Shown here: piece by piece, positions 28,713 to 38,032 of the stretch | Position numbering within the stretch: position 1 is the stretch's first letter | How the letters are laid out: each line of letters starts with the position of its first letter | Assembly (NCBI GenBank): GCA_040218735.1 | Contig: JAVJQW010000046.1 | Coordinates: forward strand, 64,001-128,000 | Origin: Deltaproteobacteria bacterium | GTDB taxonomy: Bacteria; Myxococcota; Kuafuiibacteriia; Kuafuiibacteriales; Kuafuiibacteriaceae | Direction of reading: 5' to 3' | Length of the DNA stretch: 64,000 nucleotides | Notes under the pieces: generated by a model | What the model saw: only the letters and a program-made list of their open reading frames with translations | What the model was told of the DNA's origin: nothing | The model's database searches: none | Made by a program: the position numbers and the translations under genes

Positions 28713-30776
28713 GTGATGGACGGTCCGGTCGATCTCGATCCGCGCGACGCGGTCGAGCGGCTCGCTGCGTCCGCCGAACAGAGGCTCGCGCAGTGGGAGA
28801 GCGACCTCGCGACCGGCGAGGCGACCTGGTCGCCCGCGATGTTCGAGATTCTCGATTATCACCCTGAGCAGATCGGCCCCAGTCGAGAGGCACTCCTGTC
28901 GCGTGTGCACACGCAGGACCGGCCGCGCGTCCAGGCCCTTCTCGAGGCGGGTGCGCCGACCACGAACCCCGCGCACTGCGACTGTCGGATCGTCCTCGGC
29001 GACGGACGTACGCGTTACGTCTCGATCGAAGTCTTCGTCGCCGAGAACGACGCGAGCCCGGCGCACCTGTTCGGGCTCATTCACGACGAAACGCATCTGC
29101 ACCACGCGCGGCTCGAGCTTCAGCGCACCGCCACCCGACTCGGTCGCCTGAATCGCCTCGGACGGGACGTCTCCTACGACGTCGAGCTGCAAGACATCTT
29201 GCGAGCGGTCGACGAAGCGCTCTCGGATCTCGTGCAGCCGGATCGTCTCTCGGTCGGTCTCCTCGTGGACGGCGACGACGCACAGCAGGAGCTCATCGCG
29301 TTCCGCGGGGACACGGGCGCGTATCGTCGGGGGGCTCGCGTACGCGTGCTGGACGTCCACCAACCCCTCTTCGAAGGTCGCCCGTTCGTCGAAGTGCGCT
29401 ACGACGACAGCGGTGAGCCGGCGGTACGGGACCTGTCCGACCAAGGGTACGTCGTCGGTTACAGCGTCGCGCTCCGTAGCGGCTCGGTGCTGATCGGCTT
29501 CCTCCACGCGGGGTGGAAGCGCGAGGTCGACGCCACGGACGAGCTCCTCGCGACGCTCGGCGCCGTCGCCGATCAGGTCGCACCGTCCGTCGCGCACGCC
29601 CTCGCGGTGCGGCGCGCGCGGGACGAGGAGGCGCGGCTTCGACAGCGGCAGAAGCTCGAGGCCGTCGGCCGCCTCGCGGCCGGCGTGGCGCACGACTTCA
29701 ACAATCTCCTGACGGTCGTCATGACCGCTTGCTCCGTGCTGCAGGAGCGACTCCCCGACGATCCGGATCTGGCGGCGATCGGTACGGCCGCCGACCGCGC
29801 GGCGGCGCTCACGCGACAGCTGATGGCGTTCGGTGGCCAGCAGGTCCTCGTGTCGGAGTCGATGAACCTCGACCAGGTCGTGACGTCGATGCGCGCCCGG
29901 TTGGAGCGCAAGCTCGGCGACGCCATCGAGGTGCGGTTGTTACACACGGAAGAGGACACGACCATTCGGGCGGACCGGTCGTCGATCGAGCAGGTGATCA
30001 CGAACCTGGTGGTGAACGCTCGGGACGCGATGCCCGAGGGGGGCTCGCTGGAGCTGCGTACCGGGCGACGGACGCTCGACGTCGCCGCGGCGGAGGCCGC
30101 GAACGTGGCACCCGGGGACTACGTAACGCTCGACATCGCGGACACGGGACAAGGGATGGACGCGGAGTCGACCGGCCGGGTCTTCGACCCGTTCTTCTCG
30201 ACGAAGACGAGAGCCGACGGTGGTGCGTCGGGGCTCGGGCTGGCGACGGTCTACGGGATCGTGATGCAGAGCCTGGGATTCATCGAGGTCGAGTCGACAC
30301 CCGGCGCGGGGACCAAGTTCACGGTCGCGTTCCCCCGCGCGGACCCGCCGTCGACCTCGGCGTCTGCGCCGTCTCCGGTCGCAGACGCGCGCACGGGCCG
30401 AACGGTCTTGCTCGCGGAGGATCAGGATCAGGTTCGCCGCCTCGTCGCGCGCGTGCTCGTCCGCATGGGTTGGGAGGTGCTGACGGCCGAGGACGGTGAC
30501 CATGCGTTGCGCGTCGCCGCCGAGCACCGCGGCGCGTTCGAGCTCCTCATCACCGACATCCAGATGCCGGGTAGGAGCGGTGTGGAGCTCGCGACGCAGC
30601 TCCTCGCGGAGCGGCCCGATCTGCCCGTCCTGTTCATGTCCGGGCACACGATGGACGACGCCCTTCAGCCGCTCCTCGCCGATGGGCATCGTTTTCTTCA
30701 GAAGCCGTTCTTGCCGTCCGACCTCCGCGCCGCCATCGCGGCGCTCGTTCAACCGGCGAGGCGCGCGCCCGAGTAG
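28713..30776 (+). CDS. Hybrid sensor histidine kinase (PAS-GAF-HisKA-HATPase-REC)
   Basis: LAAGVAHDFNNLL, NLVVNARDAM, DTGQGM, FDPFFSTK, GLGL, and a C-terminal REC (LLITDIQMP, KPF). Confidence 0.93.
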   Translation: MMDGPVDLDPRDAVERLAASAEQRLAQWESDLATGEATWSPAMFEILDYHPEQIGPSREALLSRVHTQDRPRVQALLEAGAPTTNPAHCDCRIVLGDGRTRYVSIEVFVAENDASPAHLFGLIHDETHLHHARLELQRTATRLGRLNRLGRDVSYDVELQDILRAVDEALSDLVQPDRLSVGLLVDGDDAQQELIAFRGDTGAYRRGARVRVLDVHQPLFEGRPFVEVRYDDSGEPAVRDLSDQGYVVGYSVALRSGSVLIGFLHAGWKREVDATDELLATLGAVADQVAPSVAHALAVRRARDEEARLRQRQKLEAVGRLAAGVAHDFNNLLTVVMTACSVLQERLPDDPDLAAIGTAADRAAALTRQLMAFGGQQVLVSESMNLDQVVTSMRARLERKLGDAIEVRLLHTEEDTTIRADRSSIEQVITNLVVNARDAMPEGGSLELRTGRRTLDVAAAEAANVAPGDYVTLDIADTGQGMDAESTGRVFDPFFSTKTRADGGASGLGLATVYGIVMQSLGFIEVESTPGAGTKFTVAFPRADPPSTSASAPSPVADARTGRTVLLAEDQDQVRRLVARVLVRMGWEVLTAEDGDHALRVAAEHRGAFELLITDIQMPGRSGVELATQLLAERPDLPVLFMSGHTMDDALQPLLADGHRFLQKPFLPSDLRAAIAALVQPARRAPE

Positions 30777-32872
30777 TCCAGGAAGTCGGCGCTCGGGAGG
30801 GGCTTCGCGAAGTAGTAGCCCTGCACGAGGTCACACTCGAGCTCGCCGAGGAACGCGAGCTCCTCTGCCGTCTCGACGCCCTCCGCGACGACCTGAATCC
30901 GCAGGCTCTTCGACATGGCGATGATCGCACGAACGATCGCGCCGCGGTCGGCGTGCTCCTGGACGTCCGTGATGAACGCGCGGTCGATCTTCAACGTGTC
31001 GACCGAGAAGCGCGTCAGGTAGCTGAGTGAAGAGAAGCCGGTGCCGAAGTCGTCGAGCGCGATTCGGCATCCGAGCGCACGCAGGTCGCCGAGGATCTCG
31101 ACGGCCGCGGCACTGTCGTTCATGAGGGTGCGCTCGGTGAGCTCCAGCTCCAGGAGCTCGGGCGGCAACCCGGTGCGTTCGAGGGTCGATCGCACGACGT
31201 CGACGAAGCCGGACTCCGAGAACTGCTCGGCCGAGATGTTCACGGCCATGCAGAGGTTCGGCAGCCCGAGGCTCCGCCATCGCACCGCCTCTTCGCACGA
31301 GCGTTCGAGGACCCACTTGTCGATGCGCGTGATGAGGCCGGCGTCCTCTGCGACGGGGATGAAGTCCGCCGGGCTCACGAACCCGAGCTCGGGATCGATC
31401 CACCTGAGCAAAGCCTCTCCGCCGCGTACGCGCTGATCGCCGATGCCGATCTTGGGTTGGAAGACGAGCTTGAAGCCGCCCTCGTCGATCGTCTCGCGGA
31501 GCCGACCTTCAATCGTGAGGCGTTTGGTGCGCTCCGCGTCGAAGCGGTCGTCGTAGAACGCGAGTGAGCCACGGCCCTTGGCCTTCGCTTCGCCGAGCGC
31601 GATCGCCGCCGACTCGAGCAAGCTGTCGGCGTCGTGTCCGTCGCCGGGGAACACGCTGATGCCAAGGCTGCTCGACAGGTAGATCGACTTCCCGAAGACC
31701 GGGTACTGCGCCATGACCTCGGCGCGGATTTGCTCGGCAATCGCCGCGATCTCTTGGGCGCCGCGAACCTTCGGGAGGATGGCGACGAACCCGACGCGAC
31801 CACTGCGACCGAGCAAGCCAGGCGCCGTGGCGGACGTTTCGTGCCGACGCAGCGCCGTTCCGAGTCGCTCCGCGTAGATGCGGAGGAGCTCGTCGCCGTT
31901 TTTGTGCCCGAGGGAGTCGTTCACGCGTTTGAACTGATCCGGATCGATCGCGATGACCGCGACGTTCTCGACGTCGTCGCGCGCGTTGTCGATGTACCGC
32001 TCCAGACGTTCGGTGATCAGGCGCTGGTTCGGTAGGTTCGTCGTCGTGTCGAAGTTCGTGAGGTGCCGAATCCGTCGCTCGGCCTCCTTGCGGAACGTGA
32101 TGTCCTGAACCGTGGCGATCAGCCGAAGCGTGCCGGTCGAGTCCTCGCGACCCACCTCGCCTTCCTGGTACACGATCCGAATCGCCTCGCCTTCCGGTTG
32201 GATGCGGTGCTCGACGCGGAGTGGGTTGCGACGCTCGACGGTGTCGTCGATCGCCTCGAGGAGGCGTGCGCGATCCTCGCGATGGACGAGGGTCAACAGA
32301 TCATCGAGGAGGACCGGGCCATCCTCCGCGAGCCCGAACACCCGGCGTGCGACCGGCGACATCTCGACGTGTTCGTCGCCGACCCGCCACTCCCAGTGTC
32401 CGACGCGCGCGATGCGCTGTGCGTTGGCGAGTCGACGCTCGCTCTCGCGGAGCGCCGCGTTCGCCGTCGTCGCGCGCAGCATGTAGTTGAGGCGGTGGGT
32501 CAGCACCGCGAAGTGGACGGGTTTGATGACGTAGTCGGTCGCCCCGACCGCGTACGCGCGGGCGATGATCTCCGGCTCGTCGTGCGTGGTCATGACGACG
32601 ATCGGGACGTGCGCGCCGGCGGGCATGGATCGGATGCGCTCGCAGCACTCGAAGCCGTCCCCACCCGGCATCTCCAGATCGAGGAGGACCAGATCGAAGG
32701 TGAGCGTCTCGAACAGCGCCGCGCCCTTCGCACCGTCCTGCGCGGTGACGACCTCGAAGTCGGCGCCGTACAGCGCCTCTTCGGCGATGGTCCGCATGAT
32801 GGGGTCGTCGTCGATGACGAGCACACGCGCGTCGTCATCGGGGCGTCGAACCGGGAGGGTGATCGTGCTCAA
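30749..32872 (-). CDS. REC-PAS-GGDEF(degenerate)-EAL c-di-GMP phosphodiesterase
   Basis: REC at the N-terminus. GGDEF is replaced by SGRVG. EALLRW, ELTE, LDDFGTGFSSL, KIDRAF and AEGVE are intact. TTG start inferred. Confidence 0.9.
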   Translation of the reverse strand: MSTITLPVRRPDDDARVLVIDDDPIMRTIAEEALYGADFEVVTAQDGAKGAALFETLTFDLVLLDLEMPGGDGFECCERIRSMPAGAHVPIVVMTTHDEPEIIARAYAVGATDYVIKPVHFAVLTHRLNYMLRATTANAALRESERRLANAQRIARVGHWEWRVGDEHVEMSPVARRVFGLAEDGPVLLDDLLTLVHREDRARLLEAIDDTVERRNPLRVEHRIQPEGEAIRIVYQEGEVGREDSTGTLRLIATVQDITFRKEAERRIRHLTNFDTTTNLPNQRLITERLERYIDNARDDVENVAVIAIDPDQFKRVNDSLGHKNGDELLRIYAERLGTALRRHETSATAPGLLGRSGRVGFVAILPKVRGAQEIAAIAEQIRAEVMAQYPVFGKSIYLSSSLGISVFPGDGHDADSLLESAAIALGEAKAKGRGSLAFYDDRFDAERTKRLTIEGRLRETIDEGGFKLVFQPKIGIGDQRVRGGEALLRWIDPELGFVSPADFIPVAEDAGLITRIDKWVLERSCEEAVRWRSLGLPNLCMAVNISAEQFSESGFVDVVRSTLERTGLPPELLELELTERTLMNDSAAAVEILGDLRALGCRIALDDFGTGFSSLSYLTRFSVDTLKIDRAFITDVQEHADRGAIVRAIIAMSKSLRIQVVAEGVETAEELAFLGELECDLVQGYYFAKPLPSADFLDYSGARLAG

Positions 32873-32873
32873 C

Positions 32874-33263
32874 TCAGGCCTCCGTGAACGGTCGCTCGCG
32901 CACCAGCTCACCGACGGCGCGCTCGTACTCGCGCTGCAGATCGGACATGAGCTCTTGCGTATCGACCTCGGTCACGCCGCGCGCGAAGGACTCGAGCTCC
33001 CGCGCTACGTCCGCGACCGCCTCGACACCGAGGTTGACGCTCTTCGACTTCAAGAGGTGTGCGGCGTCCTTCAGGGCCTCCGAGTCGCCGTAGTAGACGG
33101 CGGTGACGATCTGCCCGATCAGATCGGGCGCGGCTTCGAGGTACATGTCGATCAGACGGGCGAGGACCGGCGGATGCCCCGGGCGTTGCAGCGACCGCAG
33201 TCGTTCAACGACGACGGGGTCGAGGGTTCGTCGCGTGTTCTCTTCGTTGAACCGATACGTCAT
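32874..33263 (-). CDS. Hpt phosphotransfer protein
   Basis: AAHLLKSKSVNLG Hpt motif. ATGA coupling with the GST stop. Confidence 0.85.
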   Translation of the reverse strand: MTYRFNEENTRRTLDPVVVERLRSLQRPGHPPVLARLIDMYLEAAPDLIGQIVTAVYYGDSEALKDAAHLLKSKSVNLGVEAVADVARELESFARGVTEVDTQELMSDLQREYERAVGELVRERPFTEA

Positions 33264-33982
33264 GCTGCCGAGGTGCTCCACGTAGGCTCATCGGCCGACG
33301 TGGGCGCCACTGAAGCGCCGAACCAGATCGGATCGCAAAGACGAGAAACGAGAGACGGGTCGAGCGCGCACTGGGCGTCTCGAACTGCGAGCGCGACGGA
33401 CGGGCGCTGGCGCGCGGCGTCGAACCACTCCAGGAGCTTGGGGAGCCGCGTCTCGTCCATGGGCATCCCGGCCGCGTGGGTCACCTGCACGGCGTACCAG
33501 ACGCTCAGGCAGAACGTCGCGTCGGCGATGCCGAACTTGTCGCCGAAGAACCACGGGGTCGGCGACACGCGGCGCTCCAGGGAGATGAGCTGGGCGTGCA
33601 CGGCGTCGGCGTCCGACGCGGTGACGCGGCCATCCACCATGTGGGTGTACGCGTCCGCGATCACCGGGGCGAGCGTGGCATCGTGGAAGCGCACCAGCGC
33701 GCGGGTGCGCGCCCGGTCGGGAGCGTTCTTCGGCATCATCGACGGGAACGGGTAGCGCTCGTCGAGGTACTCCGCGATCGCCGTGGTGTCCGCGAGCGCG
33801 AGGGTGCCGTCGATCAGGACCGGGGCGTGGGAGAGGGGGTGGACCGACGCGAGGCCCGGGCTCATCGGGCCGCCGCTCTTGGGCCCCGACAGGTCGAGCT
33901 CGATGTGTTTCTCCGACGCGATGATGCGGATGCGTGCGGACAGCGGGCTGATGGGGAGCTGGAAGAGCTTGAGGGCCGACAT
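33260..33982 (-). CDS. Glutathione S-transferase family protein
   Basis: SP-x-S-x-R-x-RI, HP-x-x-x-AP-x-L, AIAEYLDE, FG-x-x-FGIAD. Confidence 0.85.
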   Translation of the reverse strand: MSALKLFQLPISPLSARIRIIASEKHIELDLSGPKSGGPMSPGLASVHPLSHAPVLIDGTLALADTTAIAEYLDERYPFPSMMPKNAPDRARTRALVRFHDATLAPVIADAYTHMVDGRVTASDADAVHAQLISLERRVSPTPWFFGDKFGIADATFCLSVWYAVQVTHAAGMPMDETRLPKLLEWFDAARQRPSVALAVRDAQCALDPSLVSRLCDPIWFGASVAPTSADEPTWSTSAA

Positions 33983-34037
33983 CGATCGGATCGGTCGGCA
34001 TTTCGAGACACGGCTTGAGGCTCGAAATGAGGCAGTG

Positions 34038-34928
34038 TCAGAACTCTTCGAGATCGCTGCCCATCATCGATTTGACCTTCTGCTTGGCACGCCACTTCGA
34101 GAAGGCACCCCAGGCCACCACGAACCCGACGACGAGGAACGCGAGCTTGAGGACGTCGTACAGAATCTCTTCGCCGCCCTCGATCTTGTCCTTCAGGCGC
34201 CGGTACTCGACGTTCATCGGCGCGATCTCCTCGAGCCGGGCCATCAGGTCCTTCATCTCCATCTCGTTCTTGGTCTCGTAGGCCGTCCACGCCTTGGTGG
34301 CGAGCTGCTCGCCCATCCAGATGCGCTCGTCCTCGTCGTCCCGCATCGCCTGCGCTTCGTTGTAGAGCTTCACGGCGCCCGAGATGTCTCCGGCCGACAG
34401 CTTCTTTCGGTACGACTCGCGGATGATCTTCTCGCGGAGCACCGTGTGGCGCGCGGTCGTACCGCCGTACTTCTCACTGCGCGCGAGGAGCGCCTCGGTC
34501 TTGTCGAAGTCGCCGCCGACGAACTTCATCTTGGCGCACTCGTAGAAGGCCTTGCCGGCCATCTTCGTCCCGCGCGGGTGCGACTGGATCGCCTCCTCGC
34601 CGCCCTCGTCGACGATCATGTCGAGCTTCTCACAGGCGTCCTTCCACGCCTGGCCGTCGTGGTAGCGCATGAGGAGCACGAACAGCCCGGGGATGCGTTT
34701 CTTGTCGCCCGGCGGGGGGAGCGTCTCCTCGGTGAGATACTCCTCCGGCTCGTCCCACTGCGCCTGGACCGCCCGCTCCCGCTTCGTGAGGCCGGGGCCG
34801 CCGATACGGCTGGAGCCCAGCTTGATTTCGGGAGAGGACTCCTCGCCTTGCGCCGAGGCCGTCGGCGCCCAGGCCAGGGTGGTGGCGAACGCGAGGAGCG
34901 CCCCGTACGTCTTCAGCTCGAGCATCAC
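34038..34928 (-). CDS. Exported helical (TPR-like) protein with C-terminal membrane anchor
   Basis: Signal peptide (ASA), helical body, C-terminal TM segment followed by a basic tail. Confidence 0.7.
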   Translation of the reverse strand: MMLELKTYGALLAFATTLAWAPTASAQGEESSPEIKLGSSRIGGPGLTKRERAVQAQWDEPEEYLTEETLPPPGDKKRIPGLFVLLMRYHDGQAWKDACEKLDMIVDEGGEEAIQSHPRGTKMAGKAFYECAKMKFVGGDFDKTEALLARSEKYGGTTARHTVLREKIIRESYRKKLSAGDISGAVKLYNEAQAMRDDEDERIWMGEQLATKAWTAYETKNEMEMKDLMARLEEIAPMNVEYRRLKDKIEGGEEILYDVLKLAFLVVGFVVAWGAFSKWRAKQKVKSMMGSDLEEF

Positions 34929-34967
34929 CGGGGCACCCTATGTGGGGGGCCTGGAATTTTCCAGGGG

Positions 34968-36194
34968 TCAGGCGTCGAAGGGCGCTTCGGCGGCGCCGGC
35001 GTGGTCGGCCAACAGGATCGCGTCGAGCTTCTCCCCCGCCGCGAAGGTGCGCTGATCCGCGGGCAGCATGACGAGCGCGTCCACGCCCAGCATCGACGGC
35101 AGCGATCCGGACCCCTGCAACCGCAGCGGCCGCGCCCGGACGACGCCGCCGTCGCGCTCCAGCGTGCACCGGGCCAGCTCCGGCCGGCGCGGGGAGTGTT
35201 CGTGGTCCACCGCCAGCTCCACGGTGTGGCGCACCCTGTACGGCGTCGGGTCGCCGAGCATCCGCCGGATGCCGGGCCGCACGAACACCTCGAACGTCAC
35301 CATCGCGCTCACCGGGTTGCCGGGTAGGCCGACCACCGGCTTGTCCCCCGCCAGCCCGAAGGTCAGCGGCTTGCCGGGTTTGATGCGCACCTTCCAGAAG
35401 CTCGCGTCGATGCCGTTCTTCTCGAACGCGTCCTTCACCAGGTCGTAGTCACCCACCGACACCCCGCCGCACGTCAGCAGCAGGTCCGCGCCGAGGCCTT
35501 CGCGCACACGCGCGACCGTGGCGTCCATGTCGTCCGGGACGTTCGGAATCACCCACGGCACACCGCCCGCCTCGCGGACCTGCGCCGCCAACGCGTACGC
35601 GTTCGAGTTGACGATCGTGCCGGGCTCCTCCGGGTCGGTGACGTCGCGCAGCTCATCGCCCGTCGAGAGGATCGCGACGACGGGTCGACGGTTCACGCCG
35701 ACCGCGCCGATTCGCTGCGCGGCGAGCAGCCCGATCTCCCCCGGACCGATCCGCATCCCCTTGGGCAGCATCACCGCGCCGCCCTCCAGATCACTGCCGC
35801 GGTGGCGGATGTTCTCGCGCGCGATGGGCGCCTGATCGATGGTCACCGCGCCGTCCCCGGCGGTGGTGTTCTCCTGCATCACCACCACGTCGGCGCCGAG
35901 TGGGACGACCGCGCCGGTGAAGATGCGCATCGCCTTACCGGGCTCCAGCGCGGGGGGCGTCGGTCCACCCGCGCGCGACTCTCCGGCGAGTGTGAGCGAA
36001 GCCCCCGCGGTCGCGTCCGACGCGCGCACCGCGTAGCCGTCCATCGCGCTGTTGTCGAACGGAGGGAGGTCGGCGCGGGCGAGCACGTCGCGCGCGACGA
36101 CGCGGCCCAACAGATCGTGCAGCGTCACACGCTCTTCGCCGAGCGTGCGAAACGCCGGCATCATGACTTCGAGGGCCTCTGAGATCCGCTTCAC
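34968..36194 (-). CDS. moeA: Molybdopterin molybdenumtransferase
   Basis: PPFDNSAMDGYA, RIFTGA, STGDEL, GGVSVG-x-x-D, KPGKP, LPGNPVS. Confidence 0.96.
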   Translation of the reverse strand: MKRISEALEVMMPAFRTLGEERVTLHDLLGRVVARDVLARADLPPFDNSAMDGYAVRASDATAGASLTLAGESRAGGPTPPALEPGKAMRIFTGAVVPLGADVVVMQENTTAGDGAVTIDQAPIARENIRHRGSDLEGGAVMLPKGMRIGPGEIGLLAAQRIGAVGVNRRPVVAILSTGDELRDVTDPEEPGTIVNSNAYALAAQVREAGGVPWVIPNVPDDMDATVARVREGLGADLLLTCGGVSVGDYDLVKDAFEKNGIDASFWKVRIKPGKPLTFGLAGDKPVVGLPGNPVSAMVTFEVFVRPGIRRMLGDPTPYRVRHTVELAVDHEHSPRRPELARCTLERDGGVVRARPLRLQGSGSLPSMLGVDALVMLPADQRTFAAGEKLDAILLADHAGAAEAPFDA

Positions 36195-36204
36195 GCGGCG
36201 TGCT

Positions 36205-36696
36205 CTACCGCGCCGCGAACCACCGGTCGAGGAGCTCGCGGTGGTACGGGTAGGTGCCGTCCGGGATCTCGTCCTGCGCGTAGAACCCGCCGCCGACGAT
36301 CTCGGTCTTCGAGCGCGGCACGATCGACGCCGGCGCGGCGTCGAGGGTCGCCGTCAGCGCGACGGAGACGTAGCCGCGCTCGGTGCGCACTTCGGTGTCG
36401 AAGTGCCGCCCGTGTACGCGCACCCCGGTCAGCCCGATCTCCTCGCGCAGCTCGCGCTCCAGCCCGAGCTCGAGTGACTCACCGCGCGTGATGAACCCGC
36501 CCGGGAGCCCCCAACGCCACGGCGTGCGGAAGCGGTGGTCGAGGAGGAGCACGCGGCCCTCGGGATCACTCACGATCCCCACGACGCCGACGAGGAACAG
36601 GTCGTTGGTCAGGAACAGGACCCGCCGACGCGCCGACTGGGGCATCACGTCCCAGAGCGTCTGCGCCGCCGACAGCCAGCGGTCTTTGAGCGTCAC
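36205..36696 (-). CDS. NUDIX hydrolase
   Basis: WGLPGG-x4-GE-x7-RELREEIG Nudix box. GTGA coupling. Confidence 0.85.
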   Translation of the reverse strand: MTLKDRWLSAAQTLWDVMPQSARRRVLFLTNDLFLVGVVGIVSDPEGRVLLLDHRFRTPWRWGLPGGFITRGESLELGLERELREEIGLTGVRVHGRHFDTEVRTERGYVSVALTATLDAAPASIVPRSKTEIVGGGFYAQDEIPDGTYPYHRELLDRWFAAR

Positions 36697-37550
36697 GACT
36701 TCTTGGGCCGCATCGCGGCGAGCATCTGCTTCACGTTGTCGCGGTCGTACTCGACGAAGCGGTTCATCTCGCCCGCGCCCTGCAGCCACTCGCCGCCGTC
36801 GATCACCACGCACTCGCCGTTCACGTACGCGGCCTCGTTGCTCATGAGGAAGACGGCGAGGTTCGCGAGCTCTTGGTGCTCGCCGAAACGTTTGAGCGGG
36901 ATGCGCTTCTTGATCTCGTCCTCCATCGCGGTGTCCGGGACGAGGCGTTTCCAAGCGCCGTCGGTCGGGAACGGCCCGGGTGCGATCGCGTTGCAGCGGA
37001 TGCCGTACGCCGACCCCCACTCCACCGCGAGCGACTTCGTCATCGCGAGCACGCCGGCCTTCGCCATCGCCGACGGCAGCACGAACGCCGAGCCGGTGTA
37101 CACGTAGGTCGTGAGGATCGACAGGATCGATCCGCCCTGTCCCTGCGCGATCATCTGGCGCCCGACCGTCTGCGTCGCGTTGAACGAGCCGGTCATCACG
37201 ATGCCGACGACGGCTTCGTAGCCGCCGACGGTCAGATCCTCCGAAGGGCACAGGAAGTTGCCGGCCGCGTTGTTCAGCAGGCCGTGCACCGCCCCGTACT
37301 TCTCGACGATCTTCGCGACCATCGCCTCGCACGCCTCGTGCGAGCGGACGTCGACCTGCACGCCGAACACTTCGCCGTTCGTCGCCTGCCGCATCTCTTC
37401 CGCGGCGGCTTCGATCTTCTCGATGTTGCGCGACGCGATGACGACGTTTGCACCGAGCTCGGCGTAGCGCGTCGCCATCGACTTGCCGAGGCCCGAGCCC
37501 CCGCCGGTCACGACGATCGTCTGCTCCTTCAGCAGGTCTTCGCGGAACAT
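36693..37550 (-). CDS. SDR family 2,4-dienoyl-CoA reductase-like protein
   Basis: TGGGSGLG, NNAAGNF, SAMAKAG, KSLAVEWG, NAIAPGP, IDGGEW. Confidence 0.9.
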   Translation of the reverse strand: MFREDLLKEQTIVVTGGGSGLGKSMATRYAELGANVVIASRNIEKIEAAAEEMRQATNGEVFGVQVDVRSHEACEAMVAKIVEKYGAVHGLLNNAAGNFLCPSEDLTVGGYEAVVGIVMTGSFNATQTVGRQMIAQGQGGSILSILTTYVYTGSAFVLPSAMAKAGVLAMTKSLAVEWGSAYGIRCNAIAPGPFPTDGAWKRLVPDTAMEDEIKKRIPLKRFGEHQELANLAVFLMSNEAAYVNGECVVIDGGEWLQGAGEMNRFVEYDRDNVKQMLAAMRPKKS

Positions 37551-37554
37551 CGCG

Positions 37555-37974
37555 CTACTTCTTCAGCGTCCGCGCGTACGCGATGATCTGCTTCACCTGG
37601 TCCGGCTTGAACACCGAACCGAACGCCGGCATCTTGCCGCGCCCGTTCGTGATGAGCTGCGCGATCGCGGCGTCGTCGTACTTGTCGTGCGTCGAAGCGA
37701 GCGTGAGGTTGCCGATGTTCGGCATCATCTGCCGCATCATCTCGCCGGACCCGTCGGGCCCGTGGCAGTTGGCGCACGCCGTCATGAACAGCGCCTTGCC
37801 CTTGGTCGCCTCTTCGGAGAGCGCGGCGGCGGGCGGTGCCTTCGCAGGCGGCGCGGCGGGCGGCGCCTTCGCGGCCGTCGTCGTCTTCGCCGTCTCGGGC
37901 GCTTTGTCTTCTTTGCAGCCGACCCCCGCGAGGAGCGAGAGCGTGAACAATCCGATCGTGACAGGTCGCATCAT
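37555..37974 (-). CDS. Monoheme class I cytochrome c lipoprotein
   Basis: Lipobox GVGC, Pro/Ala linker, CANCH, GKMPAF (axial Met). Confidence 0.9.
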   Translation of the reverse strand: MMRPVTIGLFTLSLLAGVGCKEDKAPETAKTTTAAKAPPAAPPAKAPPAAALSEEATKGKALFMTACANCHGPDGSGEMMRQMMPNIGNLTLASTHDKYDDAAIAQLITNGRGKMPAFGSVFKPDQVKQIIAYARTLKK

Positions 37975-38032
37975 CGACGGGCGGAGTAGCACGCCGCCCG
38001 TCTGTGCGCCAAGCAAGGCTGGAGAGGAAGGA

